This document shows, piece by piece, positions 14,039 to 26,541 of a stretch of 64,000 nucleotides of DNA. Source of the stretch: Octopus vulgaris (taxonomy: Eukaryota); contig OX597818.1 of assembly GCA_951406725.2 (NCBI GenBank), positions 125,984,001 to 126,048,000 on the forward strand, given 5' to 3'. Within the stretch, counting starts at the first letter, position 1. Each line of letters begins with the position of its first letter. Made by a program: the position numbers and the translations under genes. The notes beneath the pieces are model-generated. The model searched no databases. It saw only the letters and a list, made by a program, of their open reading frames with translations, and was not told the DNA's origin.

Positions 14039-14114
14039 TTGGGACAATTGTTTCGCTATTAATGAATTAAATGTAACATTACTTACAATAATCCATTTGT
14101 AGCTCTTCAGCCAA
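14039..14114 (-). ncRNA. Type I hammerhead ribozyme, 533-bp unit
   Basis: Same motif, +533. Confidence 0.88.
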
Positions 14115-14732
14115 GACTATCTGGATGAAATCCACTCAATCACACGCCAGATTTTACCATAACGATAAATACGCGTGCGGTTCAATTGATTACATCGGAC
14201 GTTATAATTCAAATGCCCCAACCAACAGCGCGCCAAACTCACACGGAAAACAAATACAGCATTTAGAAATAAATGCAGCATAATTATAATTAATTAATAA
14301 GGGTGAGAGAATTAGATACTAATTTAATAGTATATTTATTCCACACCAAGTGGCCTAGTGCTACGAGAAACCTGGATTATTATAATATTTTATAACATAT
14401 TATAATATTTTCACAAAATAAATATAAGAGAGTGGTCACTATATTAATCACTCTAGCACCAGTTAATCCAAAAGGTTTCAACCACGAAGATACATGTTTC
14501 CCATGAAAGCCAGTACGACTGTTAGCTCACACGGACAGGGCAAATAAAAAATAACAAAAATACAGATTATTTATTTATTTCTAAATGCTGTATTTGTTTT
14601 CCGTGTGAGTTTGGCGCGCTGTTGGTTGGGGCATTTGAATTATAACGTCCGATGTAATCAATTGAACCGCACGCGTATTTATCGTTATGGTAAAATCTGG
14701 CGTGTGATTGAGTGGATTTCATCCAGATAGTC

Positions 14733-14808
14733 TTGGCTGAAGAGCTACAAATGGATTATTGTAAGTAATGTTACATTTAATTCATTAATAGCGAAACAAT
14801 TGTCCCAA
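14733..14808 (+). ncRNA. Type I hammerhead ribozyme, 533-bp unit
   Basis: TTGG-CTGAAGA-GCTA...TAGC-GAAA-CAATTG-TC^CCAA. Stem I extends via CAGAT/ATCTG; stem II extends via AATGGATTA/TAATTCATT and TGTAA/TTACA; palindromic stem III ACAATTGT; GUC cleavage after 14804. Confidence 0.9.
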
Positions 14809-15265
14809 AATAATCTGTATTTTTGTTATTTTTTATTTGCCCTGTCCGTGTGAGCTAACAGTCGTACTGGCTTTCATGGGAAACATGTATCTTCGTGGTT
14901 GAAACCTTTTGGATTAACTGGTGCTAGAGTGATTAATATAGTGACCACTCTCTTATATTTATTTTGTGAAAATATTATAATATGTTATAAAATATTATAA
15001 TAATCCAGGTTTCTCGTAGCACTAGGCCACTTGGTGTGGAATAAATATACTATTAAATTAGTATCTAATTCTCTCACCCTTATTAATTAATTATAATTAT
15101 GCTGCATTTATTTCTAAATGCTGTATTTGTTTTCCGTGTGAGTTTGGCGCGCTGTTGGTTGGGGCATTTGAATTATAACGTCCGATGTAATCAATTGAAC
15201 CGCACGCGTATTTATCGTTATGGTAAAATCTGGCGTGTGATTGAGTGGATTTCATCCAGATAGTC

Positions 15266-15341
15266 TTGGCTGAAGAGCTACAAATGGATTATTGTAAGTA
15301 ATGTTACATTTAATTCATTAATAGCGAAACAATTGTCCCAA
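15266..15341 (+). ncRNA. Type I hammerhead ribozyme, 533-bp unit
   Basis: Same motif, +533. Confidence 0.88.
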
Positions 15342-15799
15342 AATAATCTGTATTTTTGTTATTTTTTATTTGCCCTGTCCGTGTGAGCTAACAGTCGTAC
15401 TGGCTTTCATGGGAAACATGTATTTTTCGTGGTTGAAACCTTTTGGATTAACTGGTGCTAGAGTGATTAATATAGTGACCACTCTCTTATATTTATTTTG
15501 TGAAAATATTATAATATGTTATAAAATATTATAATAATCCAGGTTTCTCGTAGCACTAGGCCACTTGGTGTGGAATAAATATACTATTAAATTAGTATCT
15601 AATTCTCTCACCCTTATTAATTAATTATAATTATGCTGCATTTATTTCTAAATGCTGTATTTGTTTTCCGTGTGAGTTTGGCGCGCTGTTGGTTGGGGCA
15701 TTTGAATTATAACGTCCGATGTAATCAATTGAACCGCACGCGTATTTATCGTTATGGTAAAATCTGGCGTGTGATTGAGTGGATTTCATCCAGATAGTC

Positions 15800-15875
15800 T
15801 TGGCTGAAGAGCTACAAATGGATTATTGTAAGTAATGTTACATTTAATTCATTAATAGCGAAACAATTGTCCCAA
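15800..15875 (+). ncRNA. Type I hammerhead ribozyme, 533-bp unit
   Basis: Same motif, +534 (1-nt insertion near 15424). Confidence 0.88.
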
Positions 15876-16152
15876 AATAATCTGTATTTTTGTTATTTTT
15901 TATTTGCCCTGTCCGTGTGAGCTAACAGTCGTACTGGCTTTCATGGGAAACATGTATGGTTGAAACCTTTTGGATTAACTGGTGCTAGAGTGATTAATAT
16001 AGTGACCACTCTCTTATATTTATTTTGTGAAAATATTATAATATGTTATAAAATATTATAATAATCCAGGTTTCTCGTAGCACTAGGCCACTTGGTGTGG
16101 AATAAATATACTATTAAATTAGTATCTAATTCTCTCACCCTTATTAATTAAT

Positions 16153-16248
<96 letters not shown>

Positions 16249-16792
16249 ATGTATGTATGTATGTATGTATGTATGTATGTATGTATGTATGTATGTATGT
16301 GTATAGGTGTGTATGTGTGTGTGCATATGTGTGCACGTGGTGTGTCTATGTGCGTATGTATGTACATACATGCATGTATATATATATATACTGATACACA
16401 ATCCATCGTCACGCACTGATGCTTTACCAACCATTCTTTCGTAAAGTATTAAAGACATTTTACAAAGCCATATTCAGCCTATTTCATATGAGAATGAGAA
16501 ATCTTTTGATTACGAAGTTTTCATATGCCATAAATCTTAGCGTTTAATTAATGAAATGCTCCCTCACCTTGAAAACTCACCTTTTATCTTTTCTGAGGTT
16601 TTTTTCGTTGTTTGTTTTGTGTTTTGTTCTGAAAACGGATTGCCTTGTATCATCTGTATTTTTGTCAATGTGTTTGTGTGAGTGTGTGCGTGTGTGTGCA
16701 CATCTATGTGATGTGTGTGTGTGTACGTATATATATATATGTATGTGTGTATATGTATGCACATATATACAAACATATATATGTATATATAT

Positions 16793-16851
<59 letters not shown>

Positions 16852-16893
16852 TATGTGTGTGTGTAAGTATATATATTTGTACGTTTGTGTATG

Positions 16894-16927
<34 letters not shown>

Positions 16928-17509
16928 TGTATGTATGAACGCACATACAATTTTAATTGAGCTGTAGAAATAATCACACGTCACTGAAGTGTAGCGATGG
17001 ATGATAAATTTTGAAAAGATTATTAAAGACGTTTCAGAGATCATACTCAGCTATCTGAAGTGAGAATAAGGAATCCTTTGATTATGAAGATTTCAAATGC
17101 CATAAATCATATCATTTAATTAATAAAAATGCTCCCTTCCCAAGCAAAATCACCTTTTGTCTTAATGCTATTTCAATTGCGTTCACCGATTTTTATCTTT
17201 TAAAGGCCGGCAAGTTTTCGTAATACTAGTAAGTAGAATAATACGTAGAATAATACACTCACTAGTATTACGAAAACTTGCCGGCTTATATCGAGGCTCA
17301 AATTTTGCCCTGATATTTCACATAGGTGTGTAGGGTATTGAAACCCCACACCCAAGTGCGAGAAAACGTGTTTCTCGTTTTTGTAAGTCACTACCGCAAC
17401 AATGGCGTCTCATTCCAATAAATAAAACAGTGTGCTTATAAAACATTTTCGCTAAAGAGGTTTTACTTCAGTCATAAAACACGACATCGTACATTCCACG
17501 ATCCTTTAC

Positions 17510-17720
17510 TTTTTGAGTCAACAGACTGCGACTATGCGGAGGCACCGCCTTGAAGAATTTTAACCTCAAGAATCGAACCCAGTACAATTTTTTAAAAGCC
17601 TGATACCTATTCTATCGTTCCCATTTGCCGAACCACTATGTTATGGAGACATAAACTCATCAACACTGATTGTCAATCGGTGGTTCGGTGGCGGGAGACA
17701 AACAGTGACACAAATGCACT
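17510..17720 (-). mobile_element. 3' half of a common SINE
   Basis: Similar to 57860-58050 (GACTGCGGCCATGCTGGAGCACCGCCTT...TTTGCCGAACCGCTAAG). Confidence 0.6.
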
Positions 17721-17798
17721 CATATATACATCTGTATTTAAGTATGTGTGTGCGTGTATACATGTGTATATGTATGTGTGTGTATGTATGTATGAATG

Positions 17799-17849
<51 letters not shown>

Positions 17850-17853
<4 letters not shown>

Positions 17854-18042
17854 CGCCATGATAGATCGCTAGCCACTACTCATACTTTATTTTCTCTCCT
17901 TGTTTCTTTCTGTGTTCCTTTCTGTGGAAGAGCGTAGGCTCGAAACGTTAAAGACTTTTTCACTTCCCGAGTTTTATACTAATACATCTGTTTCTTGTCT
18001 ACACTATATGTCTTCGACGTTTGTTTTTTGTGAATTCTCCCT
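17850..18042 (+). mobile_element. PLE terminal-repeat fragment with variant minimal HHR (17918-17953)
   Basis: CTTT-CTGTGGA-A-GAGC(GTAG)GCTC-GAAA-CG-TT^AAAG between (TA)n tracts; related to the ~7480-7620 and 42615-42780 fragments. Confidence 0.55.
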
Positions 18043-18079
18043 ATATATATATATACACGCGCGCACACAGACACGCAAG

Positions 18080-18890
18080 AGGGTAGGCTGGAGATTTCAT
18101 AAGCTATGACTATGAAGGTGTGCTGCTAGAGCTGTGAAATCTTGCATGTATTCGTTTTAGCTTTTCTTGTTAATAATTGCATTGTATACTGCCATGTAAA
18201 CTGACATCTAACTGTTCAAAGAACACTTCAGAAGTTACTGGTAATCACTTCTCTAGAAAATCGACAAAATTTGACATCACGGTGTTATGAAGTACCTGCA
18301 GGGAAAGGGTTTTGACACCCAAGCACAATCATTCTGACATAGTTGCTATATCAGGCGATGACGATCGAGCTTTATCAACAGTGCAAAAGTGAGCAGTTGA
18401 ATTTAGCAGGAGAAGAGAGACTCTATAAGATGACCCAGCGTCTAGACGTCTTACAACTGCCACTACTGAAGAAAACATTGATTATATTCACCACATGGTG
18501 ATGGATGACAGGCGATTGATTACAAAACAAATAGTCAATGTTATTAGCATATTCGTTAAGAGAGTTGAGAATATTCTGCAAAATGAGCGAATGTTTCTGC
18601 TCAGTGTGTGTCACATTTTCTGAGACCTGACCAAAAACACACACAGTTGATCAAATCACGATAAAATCTGACATTGTTGGAAGCATGTCCAGCTGGTTTG
18701 CGTGAACGTGTGCTTACCTAGAATGAGTGCTCGCTTCGTCACTTTAAGCCAGAGGCAAAGAGACAATCCATGCAGTGGAAACATCTCAAATCACCTGATC
18801 CAAAGAAAGCCAACGTCATCTCATCAGCAAAGAAAGAGATGCAAAAGGCATTGTGTTTATTAATTATCTTTATGAAAAAGTTATAAACGA
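18080..18890 (+). mobile_element. Decayed mariner transposase fragment
   Basis: Remnant translations DDPASRRLTTATTEENID, MVMDDRRLIT and FKPEAKRQSMQWKHLKSPDPKKA match the mariner HTH and catalytic N-terminal region. Confidence 0.75.
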
Positions 18891-18902
18891 TTTCGCTTAA
18901 GC

Positions 18903-19060
18903 GAGGGCGTGGCTGTGTGGTATGAAGCTTGTTTACCAACCACATGGTTCCGGGTTCAGTTCCACTGCATAGCACTTTGGGCAAGTGTTTTCTACTATAA
19001 CATCGGGCCGACCGAAGCCTTGTGAATGAATTTGGTAGACGGAAACTGAAAGAAGCACAT
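18903..19060 (+). mobile_element. tRNA-derived SINE 5' half
   Basis: GTGGCTGTGTGGTA...GGTTCCGGGTTCAGTTCCAC...CTTTGGGCAAGTG...GGTAGACGGAAACTGAAAGAAGC. Confidence 0.8.
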
Positions 19061-19084
19061 CAGAATTATATATATATATATATA

Positions 19085-19166
<82 letters not shown>

Positions 19167-19167
<1 letters not shown>

Positions 19168-19317
19168 GACAGGCTTCTTTCAGTTTCCGTCTACCAAATC
19201 CACTCACAAAGCATTGGTCGGCCCGGGGCTATAGCAGAAGACACTTGCCCAAGAGGCCACGCAGTGGGACTGAACCCGGAACCATGTGGCTGGTTAGCAA
19301 GCTACTATACCACACAA

Positions 19318-19318
<1 letters not shown>
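19167..19318 (-). mobile_element. tRNA-derived SINE 5' half, opposite orientation
   Basis: Reverse-complement relative of 18903-19060. Confidence 0.8.
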
Positions 19319-19393
<75 letters not shown>

Positions 19394-19578
19394 AGAAAAT
19401 GGAGAAACAAATTTAGTTTGTTCATCAACTTACGGATATTATAATGTTAGATTATTTATTCATTTTACAAATGAGAACATTAAAAGCATACAAGATATTA
19501 TATAAATCAATACATAAGATAATAATACAAATACAGATTTTAAAAGTCACATTATAAATTATTGAAATCCAGAAATTA

Positions 19579-19717
19579 CTTCTTACAGCTGTTTCAGCCT
19601 TTGGTCAAAAGTGAATCTAATTTTCATTGCCTATAGATGTCAACATACTAGGGTTGTAGGCATTTAAAAAAATATAATACTTATATCTTAAAAGAACCAT
19701 AAGTCTCTTCAGAGGTT
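19579..19717 (-). ncRNA. Degenerate type I hammerhead with a long stem II insert
   Basis: Minus strand CT-CTGAAGA-GACTT...~100 nt...AAGGC-T-GAAA-CAGCTG-TA^AG; palindromic stem III; stems I and II eroded. Confidence 0.5.
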
Positions 19718-20545
19718 ATAATTAACTTTAAAGTTATAGTAATAATATTAATATACTAAACATGCTGCACATGTTACTTAATATATACAAACAAATAAAC
19801 AATAAAGTATCCAAATATACATATACATATAAATATACATATACATATACATACATATATATGTATATACGTATTTTATATGTATATATATATATACATA
19901 TAAAAATACGTATATACATATATATACATACATAAGCAAAGCGTACAAACTATTCACATGCGCAAAATACATTAATGAACACCATTGAACAATATATTAC
20001 ATTGGATATGCCATGTTTGGTAATGTAATTCAACATAGTCCCTAAAACATTATGGGATAGATACGGCTGTAATAACTCCCACCATAGTATTATTCTATCA
20101 ATGCTGAGCTGGAGTTAAACAAAACTGCCTTCTCAAAACAATATTAGGAAAATGTGGGAAGAAGAAAATAATGAAAGCATAAAATATATTTATGTATACG
20201 ATTAGTCTATACATAGAAAGGCTGAAGAATGCGATATCTGAAGCACAGAGAAACCAGAGAAACTTCATGAATAGACCAGTCTTTTGTCTTGCTTCTATAG
20301 TAATCTCTCTCTCTCACTCTCTTTCTCCAGTGCAAACACACAAACACACACACACATACACACGCACGCACAGATGCCAATACACATATACAAACAATGT
20401 ATATACATGCTTTATAAGTATATGATATACATTGTATATCTATATATCATGTATATGTACATATATACATACACATACGCATATTTACGCGCATGCGCAC
20501 ACGTCACACTCATTCATGGACATACACGCATAAACTGACACAGAC

Positions 20546-20626
<81 letters not shown>

Positions 20627-22180
20627 TGGTGAAGAGAAAGTGGATTTCCAGTCTGATTTTAGTTGATATATCGCAGTAGTTGATATATCGCATTTTCCCT
20701 TACACACAAAAACGCTCATATTTGTGTGTGCAAAAATGCTCCTATGTATGTGTGCATGTGTGTGTTCGTTTATAAGCGCGTGATTATGTGTCGTTACGAA
20801 CGTATACACAGAGAGTGGCGTAAACATACTGTAACAGTTAGTGCTCATCACTCCTCTGTTCATCATACAATTTAGCCTTTATTGCCCAAGCGTGGTTGAA
20901 TCATAAGCCATTACAATGATTCGGAGGGTCAAAGTGTTGACTTTTGCCACTAATTTGCGGCATTGTTGCAGGAACTAATGATATTAGTGGAGTCAATTTC
21001 TGTTCTAATCACTTTTAGAATGTTTCAGAACCTCCTCACTGGTACTTTTGCTAACAGCCCTTTAGATAAAGGCTTTATTGTAATTCTTAATGCTCTAGTT
21101 TCTTGTATAAGTGTTTAAATTGTGTTACTGGCTCTTTCATTATATTCACACAAATATATTTGCAACGTGATCGATGTATTGTTAAAAGAAATATGGTTAC
21201 AAAATGTCAATAGGTACTTTTATTTTGGTCAACTTCAAAAGTACATACTTTCTTTCTTTTTTTTTTCAAGAGAATATTTACTATAACATAATGTTTCTTG
21301 GTTATATTTCTAGCAAAAATAGTTTCTCCTAGTCTCTAGCAATATATTACTTACATCAGTTGCGTAATTACAGCTCCATAAGTCATTTAACAATACCTTG
21401 TTGCCAGTTATTTTCTCGAACCTCTGTCGGTCAACTTTGACCATGTATATGCATGCGCTGGCCTAGACAGGGCTGGCAAGTCTCCCCTTTCAACGCCATC
21501 GAGGTCGTCTAAATCAAAGACTGCTACTTGAAAGCCAATACAGCACGGCACTAGTATTGTTGCCGGAGTTGCTGTCAGAAAGGGGGCACAGACCTGTAAT
21601 AGATATCGCAAGGTATCTAATCAGATCCTCTTACTGTTCAACCAAGATAACGCACATTATAGTAAGACAGCAAATCTACCTATCTACGATGAGAAATAAA
21701 GGGATGTCGCAAATCTAAACCTTCTAAATTCACAAACTATATGGAGTGGGAGAAATCCAGAGTTAATCCTCGTCACCGGAATTTTAACAAAAAAATCAAA
21801 GGCGATTATCCACTAAATAATCATACTTTTTCCACATTTTTTGTTTTTTCACAAAAAACCTTCTTGATTACTTCCTTCGTAATCCCGAAAATCATCATGA
21901 CCAATGGTCTAGCCGTTTCACCGTGAAGAGGAAAGAGACAGACAGACGGAGAGATAGACGGACGTAACACCCATTATAGTAAGATGTTAATTGATTAATT
22001 TATATCCATTTAAATTCTACCTTTTCTTACTTTATAATATATTTACAATGTACCTATTTATATTGAAGAGATATTTCTCAACAATATAAGGTATTAAACC
22101 AGAGTAACTTGGATCAAATCATCCTTTTAAGAGATTAATATATCATCGCGGTTACTGACTATATATAACTATATATATAT

Positions 22181-22513
22181 TGGTAAAAACGGTAAGATAA
22201 CAAAAGAAAGAAAGAGACCTCAATATTATGTAAATAGAGGAAATTTATCTGAAAAAATAATATGTGACAATTATTCGGTAGCCAAGATAAAACTCTGAGT
22301 TTCGGATGCCGAGGTGGAAATCCACAACACCATCTCTTCGGTTATCTGGCCATCTGAAAAACGCTATGAAAAAAGACCGTTATACAAAGGTCTTTTTCAT
22401 AGCGTTTTTCAGATGGCCAGATAACCAAGAGATGGTGTGGTGGATTTCCACCTCGGCATCCGAAACTCAGACTTTTATCTTGGCTACCGAATAATTGTCA
22501 CATATTATTTTAC

Positions 22514-22589
<76 letters not shown>

Positions 22590-22735
22590 GTAATATGTGA
22601 CAATTATTCAGTAGCCAAGATAAAACTCTGAGTTTCGGATGTGGAAATCCACGCCACCAACTCTTCAGTTATCCGGCCATCGTAAAATTGCTATGAAAAA
22701 TGACCGTTAAACAAAGGGAAATTACTGTGTGATTG
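22181..22735. mobile_element. Three terminal-repeat fragments of the Naiad-like PLE family, two forming a head-to-head palindrome
   Basis: High similarity to 44697-44915. HHRs at 22285-22347 (-), ~22419-22480 (+, mutated) and 22618-22674 (-, canonical CTGAAGA core). Confidence 0.85.
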
Positions 22736-22834
22736 ACCGCTATTAAGACAAAAGAGCTATTTAAATGACTGCTAAGTGAGGGGAGGGAGTAAAAGTAAGG
22801 AGGTAAAATATATATATATATACATATATATATT

Positions 22835-22914
<80 letters not shown>

Positions 22915-22915
22915 C

Positions 22916-22967
<52 letters not shown>

Positions 22968-25789
22968 ATATATGTATATATATATATACTATGCACACAC
23001 ACATATTCCATTGTTTCGACGTTTCACTGTCCAATGACTCTATTGCTATTGGTCTAGTTATTCATCCGTAAAATTGGAGGTATTTTATATATCGTAGTTA
23101 ACTGAATTTATTCACTGTTTATTCGTTCTCATTGACTATTGATCACAATAAATATGGTGACTGGATGACTGTAACAGAAATGTGTTAATAGGTTCCTTTT
23201 GTGAAGCATCTACGCATTTAAACATTGGTAGTTCTTACCAGATATTGATTCCAAGTTGATTTTGTTATTGTAATTGTTGTTGTTGTTTGTAACTACGTTT
23301 TTATGGTTATTTTATACTTACGTTAACTCACATGGACCATACCTGTCTCCAAAAGGCATTCCAAATGTCGTCTTGTCTTTTGTATTCGGGCGTAGTGTAT
23401 CTAGGACTACATCACCCACTACGTTATCCATTTCAAGACAACCTTCTTAGATTTCAGGGACATTTCGTAAGGTGATTTACTGGTATATGTTGTTATTAGT
23501 GTTGTTCATATTGTTATTTAGTCTTAGAGTATATATGACTTATGATCAAAAATATTTCGTTCACTGTCGGCTCGTTTTTAAGATCTACCGTTATGTTGTA
23601 CAAAGTATCCTTTATTTAACACACTAGAGTTTGATTTGATGAATATTTGCCTGCTACCTCTTGAGGAGCTCCTCTTGAAGAGCTCCTTCGGTGTTGCAAG
23701 TTATTTATATGCAAGAGCGAGTATGCCTCCAAAACGTTCCGATTGGCTGGTTGTTGTTACTTTTGCTGTTTAGCAAACCTATCTGGCAAGCCAATGATCG
23801 AAGGTGCAGCTTATCGAGATTTTTCTTTATGCTTAGGTAGGAGCATTCTAGTTAATTTTTTTCCTTAGTTAGTAGTATGGTTCGACTTGTAACTTGAGAG
23901 AGATTTTGCTCTTATTGCTCTCAAATTCGAGGCAACCACCTCGTTGGTTTCATTCAGCTTGATATTTGTAGTAGTTGCAAAGTCAACTAACGGAAGACTG
24001 CATTTGAAATATAGTTTATTAAAGACTTAAGACATATATAGCCGTAAAGGTTAGCTGCCCAAAGAGGTAAAGATTTCTTCCAAAATCAAGAAGAATACTT
24101 ATGGACAACTACTTCGAATCCTGAAGCTCCTCTACTCAGATTATAATTTCACATTTATACCAATAATTATCAATGTGTTTCGTTTTGTCAATAAATATCT
24201 GAAAATCTCAAAAAGCTAGAATTTTCAATGAAAACAAGATCGGCTTATACACATTTTATAAATACAATCTGCAAGGGAAACACAAAAAATATAAAAAACT
24301 TTTCTAAAGTTCAACATGTAACACTTATCATTGTTGTTACAAAATTCCAACGATGCAATTTTGTTCTTCTGTTACAAACCTGTTCCCCCCTTCGAGGAAG
24401 AATCCTAATGAATATAAAAAGAAAAGGAATATAAATACATATTCTTAAGATCTAAAGAGCAAGATAAAATGAGTTAATGTACAAAATAAACTAGTATTTA
24501 AAAATGCAGCGTACGATGTTGTACAAAACAGAAGGAAAGTCACGTCTTTAATTAAATACCCTGGAAAAAAAACTTGCTAATACACATACATATTAAAACG
24601 ATGAGACATATTACAATTGACTACATACACACACTAATCATACATCAATACAAGTGCATACACACATACATTCTCATGTATATACATACTGTGTGTGTGT
24701 ACTTGTGTATGTGGACGCATGTGGTTATATGTAGGCATTTAAATGTGATTATATCTTTACCAACATAATACACGCTTTGATTCCCATCAGTAATTTTATG
24801 ATACATTTTTCCTTCTGAAATTGTTACTTGGAAATGTATAGTGTTTAAACTCGCTCTTCATATGAAAAACATTAATTACCTATTAACTTATCATTTGTAC
24901 ACAACCACACAGATTCATATGTGTATATATCTTCTATATCCATGTATACATAAACACGCAGATATATATGTATATACATATATGCACATATACATATATC
25001 TGTGTACGTATATTTATATTTATGCGTATTTATACGTATGTGTGTATTTATGTATGTATGTGTGTATGTACATAAGTGTGTGTGTATGTCTGTATGTATG
25101 TAACTGTGTATGTATGTGTGTATGTGTGTATATATATATATGTATGTTTGTATGTACATATGTATGTGTGTGTATGTGTGTGTGTGTGTATATCTGTCTG
25201 TGTGTAATTATGTATGCATTTTGTATGTAGGTTTGCATGAATTTATACAAACACACTTATATGTATGTATGTATTTATATGTATGTGTGTGTATATATAT
25301 ATATATTTGTATACATAAGTACGTACACGTATTTAATATACATGCCTATACATACATATATACATACATGTATGAATGTATGTATGTATAGGCATGTATA
25401 TTAGATCCGTATACGTACTTGTGTATACAAATATATATATACACATACATACATACATACATACATACATACATACATACATACATACATACATACATAC
25501 ATACATACATACATACATACATAATTTCATACGAGAGTACAGGTTTGTATGTACATATATGGACGTCACAAACAGTAGGATATAAAAAGAGGTCGAGCGA
25601 AAGATACGTACACATGAATATACTTTTAGCTGTCCACCATCCCCTGTCGTTATGCCACTAAACACGAGTAAAAAATAAAAGAATCCATTTTACACTACAA
25701 TCCAGAAGTCTATTTTCCCATTTTACCCAAAACCGGAGCATTACGAAATCGTAAATCTAGATGTACCCTGTATCAGAACACATTTATTA

Positions 25790-25863
<74 letters not shown>

Positions 25864-25903
25864 GGTTCTTTCTTTCTACCTGTCTTTCGCTCTGCATCTA
25901 TGC

Positions 25904-25930
<27 letters not shown>

Positions 25931-25935
<5 letters not shown>

Positions 25936-26381
25936 GATATAGTGTATATTTATACACATAAGGAATCCACACTTAGGGTGCGATTCAACACATTAGATAG
26001 CCACAAAAATAATAGATAAAATTCGACAGGAATACATTTGGAAATGAAAAACATTTACCATTTAATACCACGGAGAAAAATTTGAAATTTGAAAAGTTAC
26101 TTCGTATAAACAGTAGACAGGTAGCAGTACTTGTCTTCTGTCTTATATGTTTTAACCCCTGGTTGGACCTCGCCGAAGAAGATCAGACCTTGCGAGTTCC
26201 CCCGACTCGCTCAAAGAAGATCAAAAACCAAATTTGGTCCGGGGTATTAAACGATAAATGTTTTTCATTTCCAAATTTGTTCCTGTCGAATTTTATCCAT
26301 TATTTTTGTGGTTATCTAATGTGTTGAATCTCACCCTAAGTGTGGATTCCTTATGTGTATAAATATACACTATATCGTATA
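25931..26381. mobile_element. Inverted-repeat PLE-type insertion with decayed HHR (26167-26245, +)
   Basis: ~125-bp arms at 25933-26057 and 26255-26381; ACCTCG-CCGAAGA-a-GATC...GATC-a-[A]AAA-CCAAATTTGG-TC^CGGGGT, with G12 mutated. Confidence 0.65.
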
Positions 26382-26497
26382 ACTAATATATAGTCTTCTT
26401 GACTAATTTTTTTGCACGTTAGACCACTGGAAATGTAAATTTTGATTGAATATTTTAAATTTAATTAAATTCCATTTCCCTTTTGTTATGATTAAAC

Positions 26498-26541
<44 letters not shown>

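Larger units (their letters stand above)
12283..16155. mobile_element. Retrozyme-like non-coding multimer: 533-bp unit, ~4.3 copies plus ~3 inverted copies, one HHR per complete unit
   Basis: Unit starts at 12283, 12816, 13349, 13882 and 14415; inversion at 14572/14573; (TA)n on both flanks; the ORF track shows no ORF inside the array. Confidence 0.85.

Noticed and set aside
12283-16155. CRISPR array or rDNA/snRNA gene cluster
   Set aside because: Units are identical throughout with no unique spacers, and I recognise no 5S, snRNA or tRNA sequence.
18903-19318. Single TIR element
   Set aside because: It is two diverged copies of an abundant SINE in opposite orientation around a (TA)n tract.
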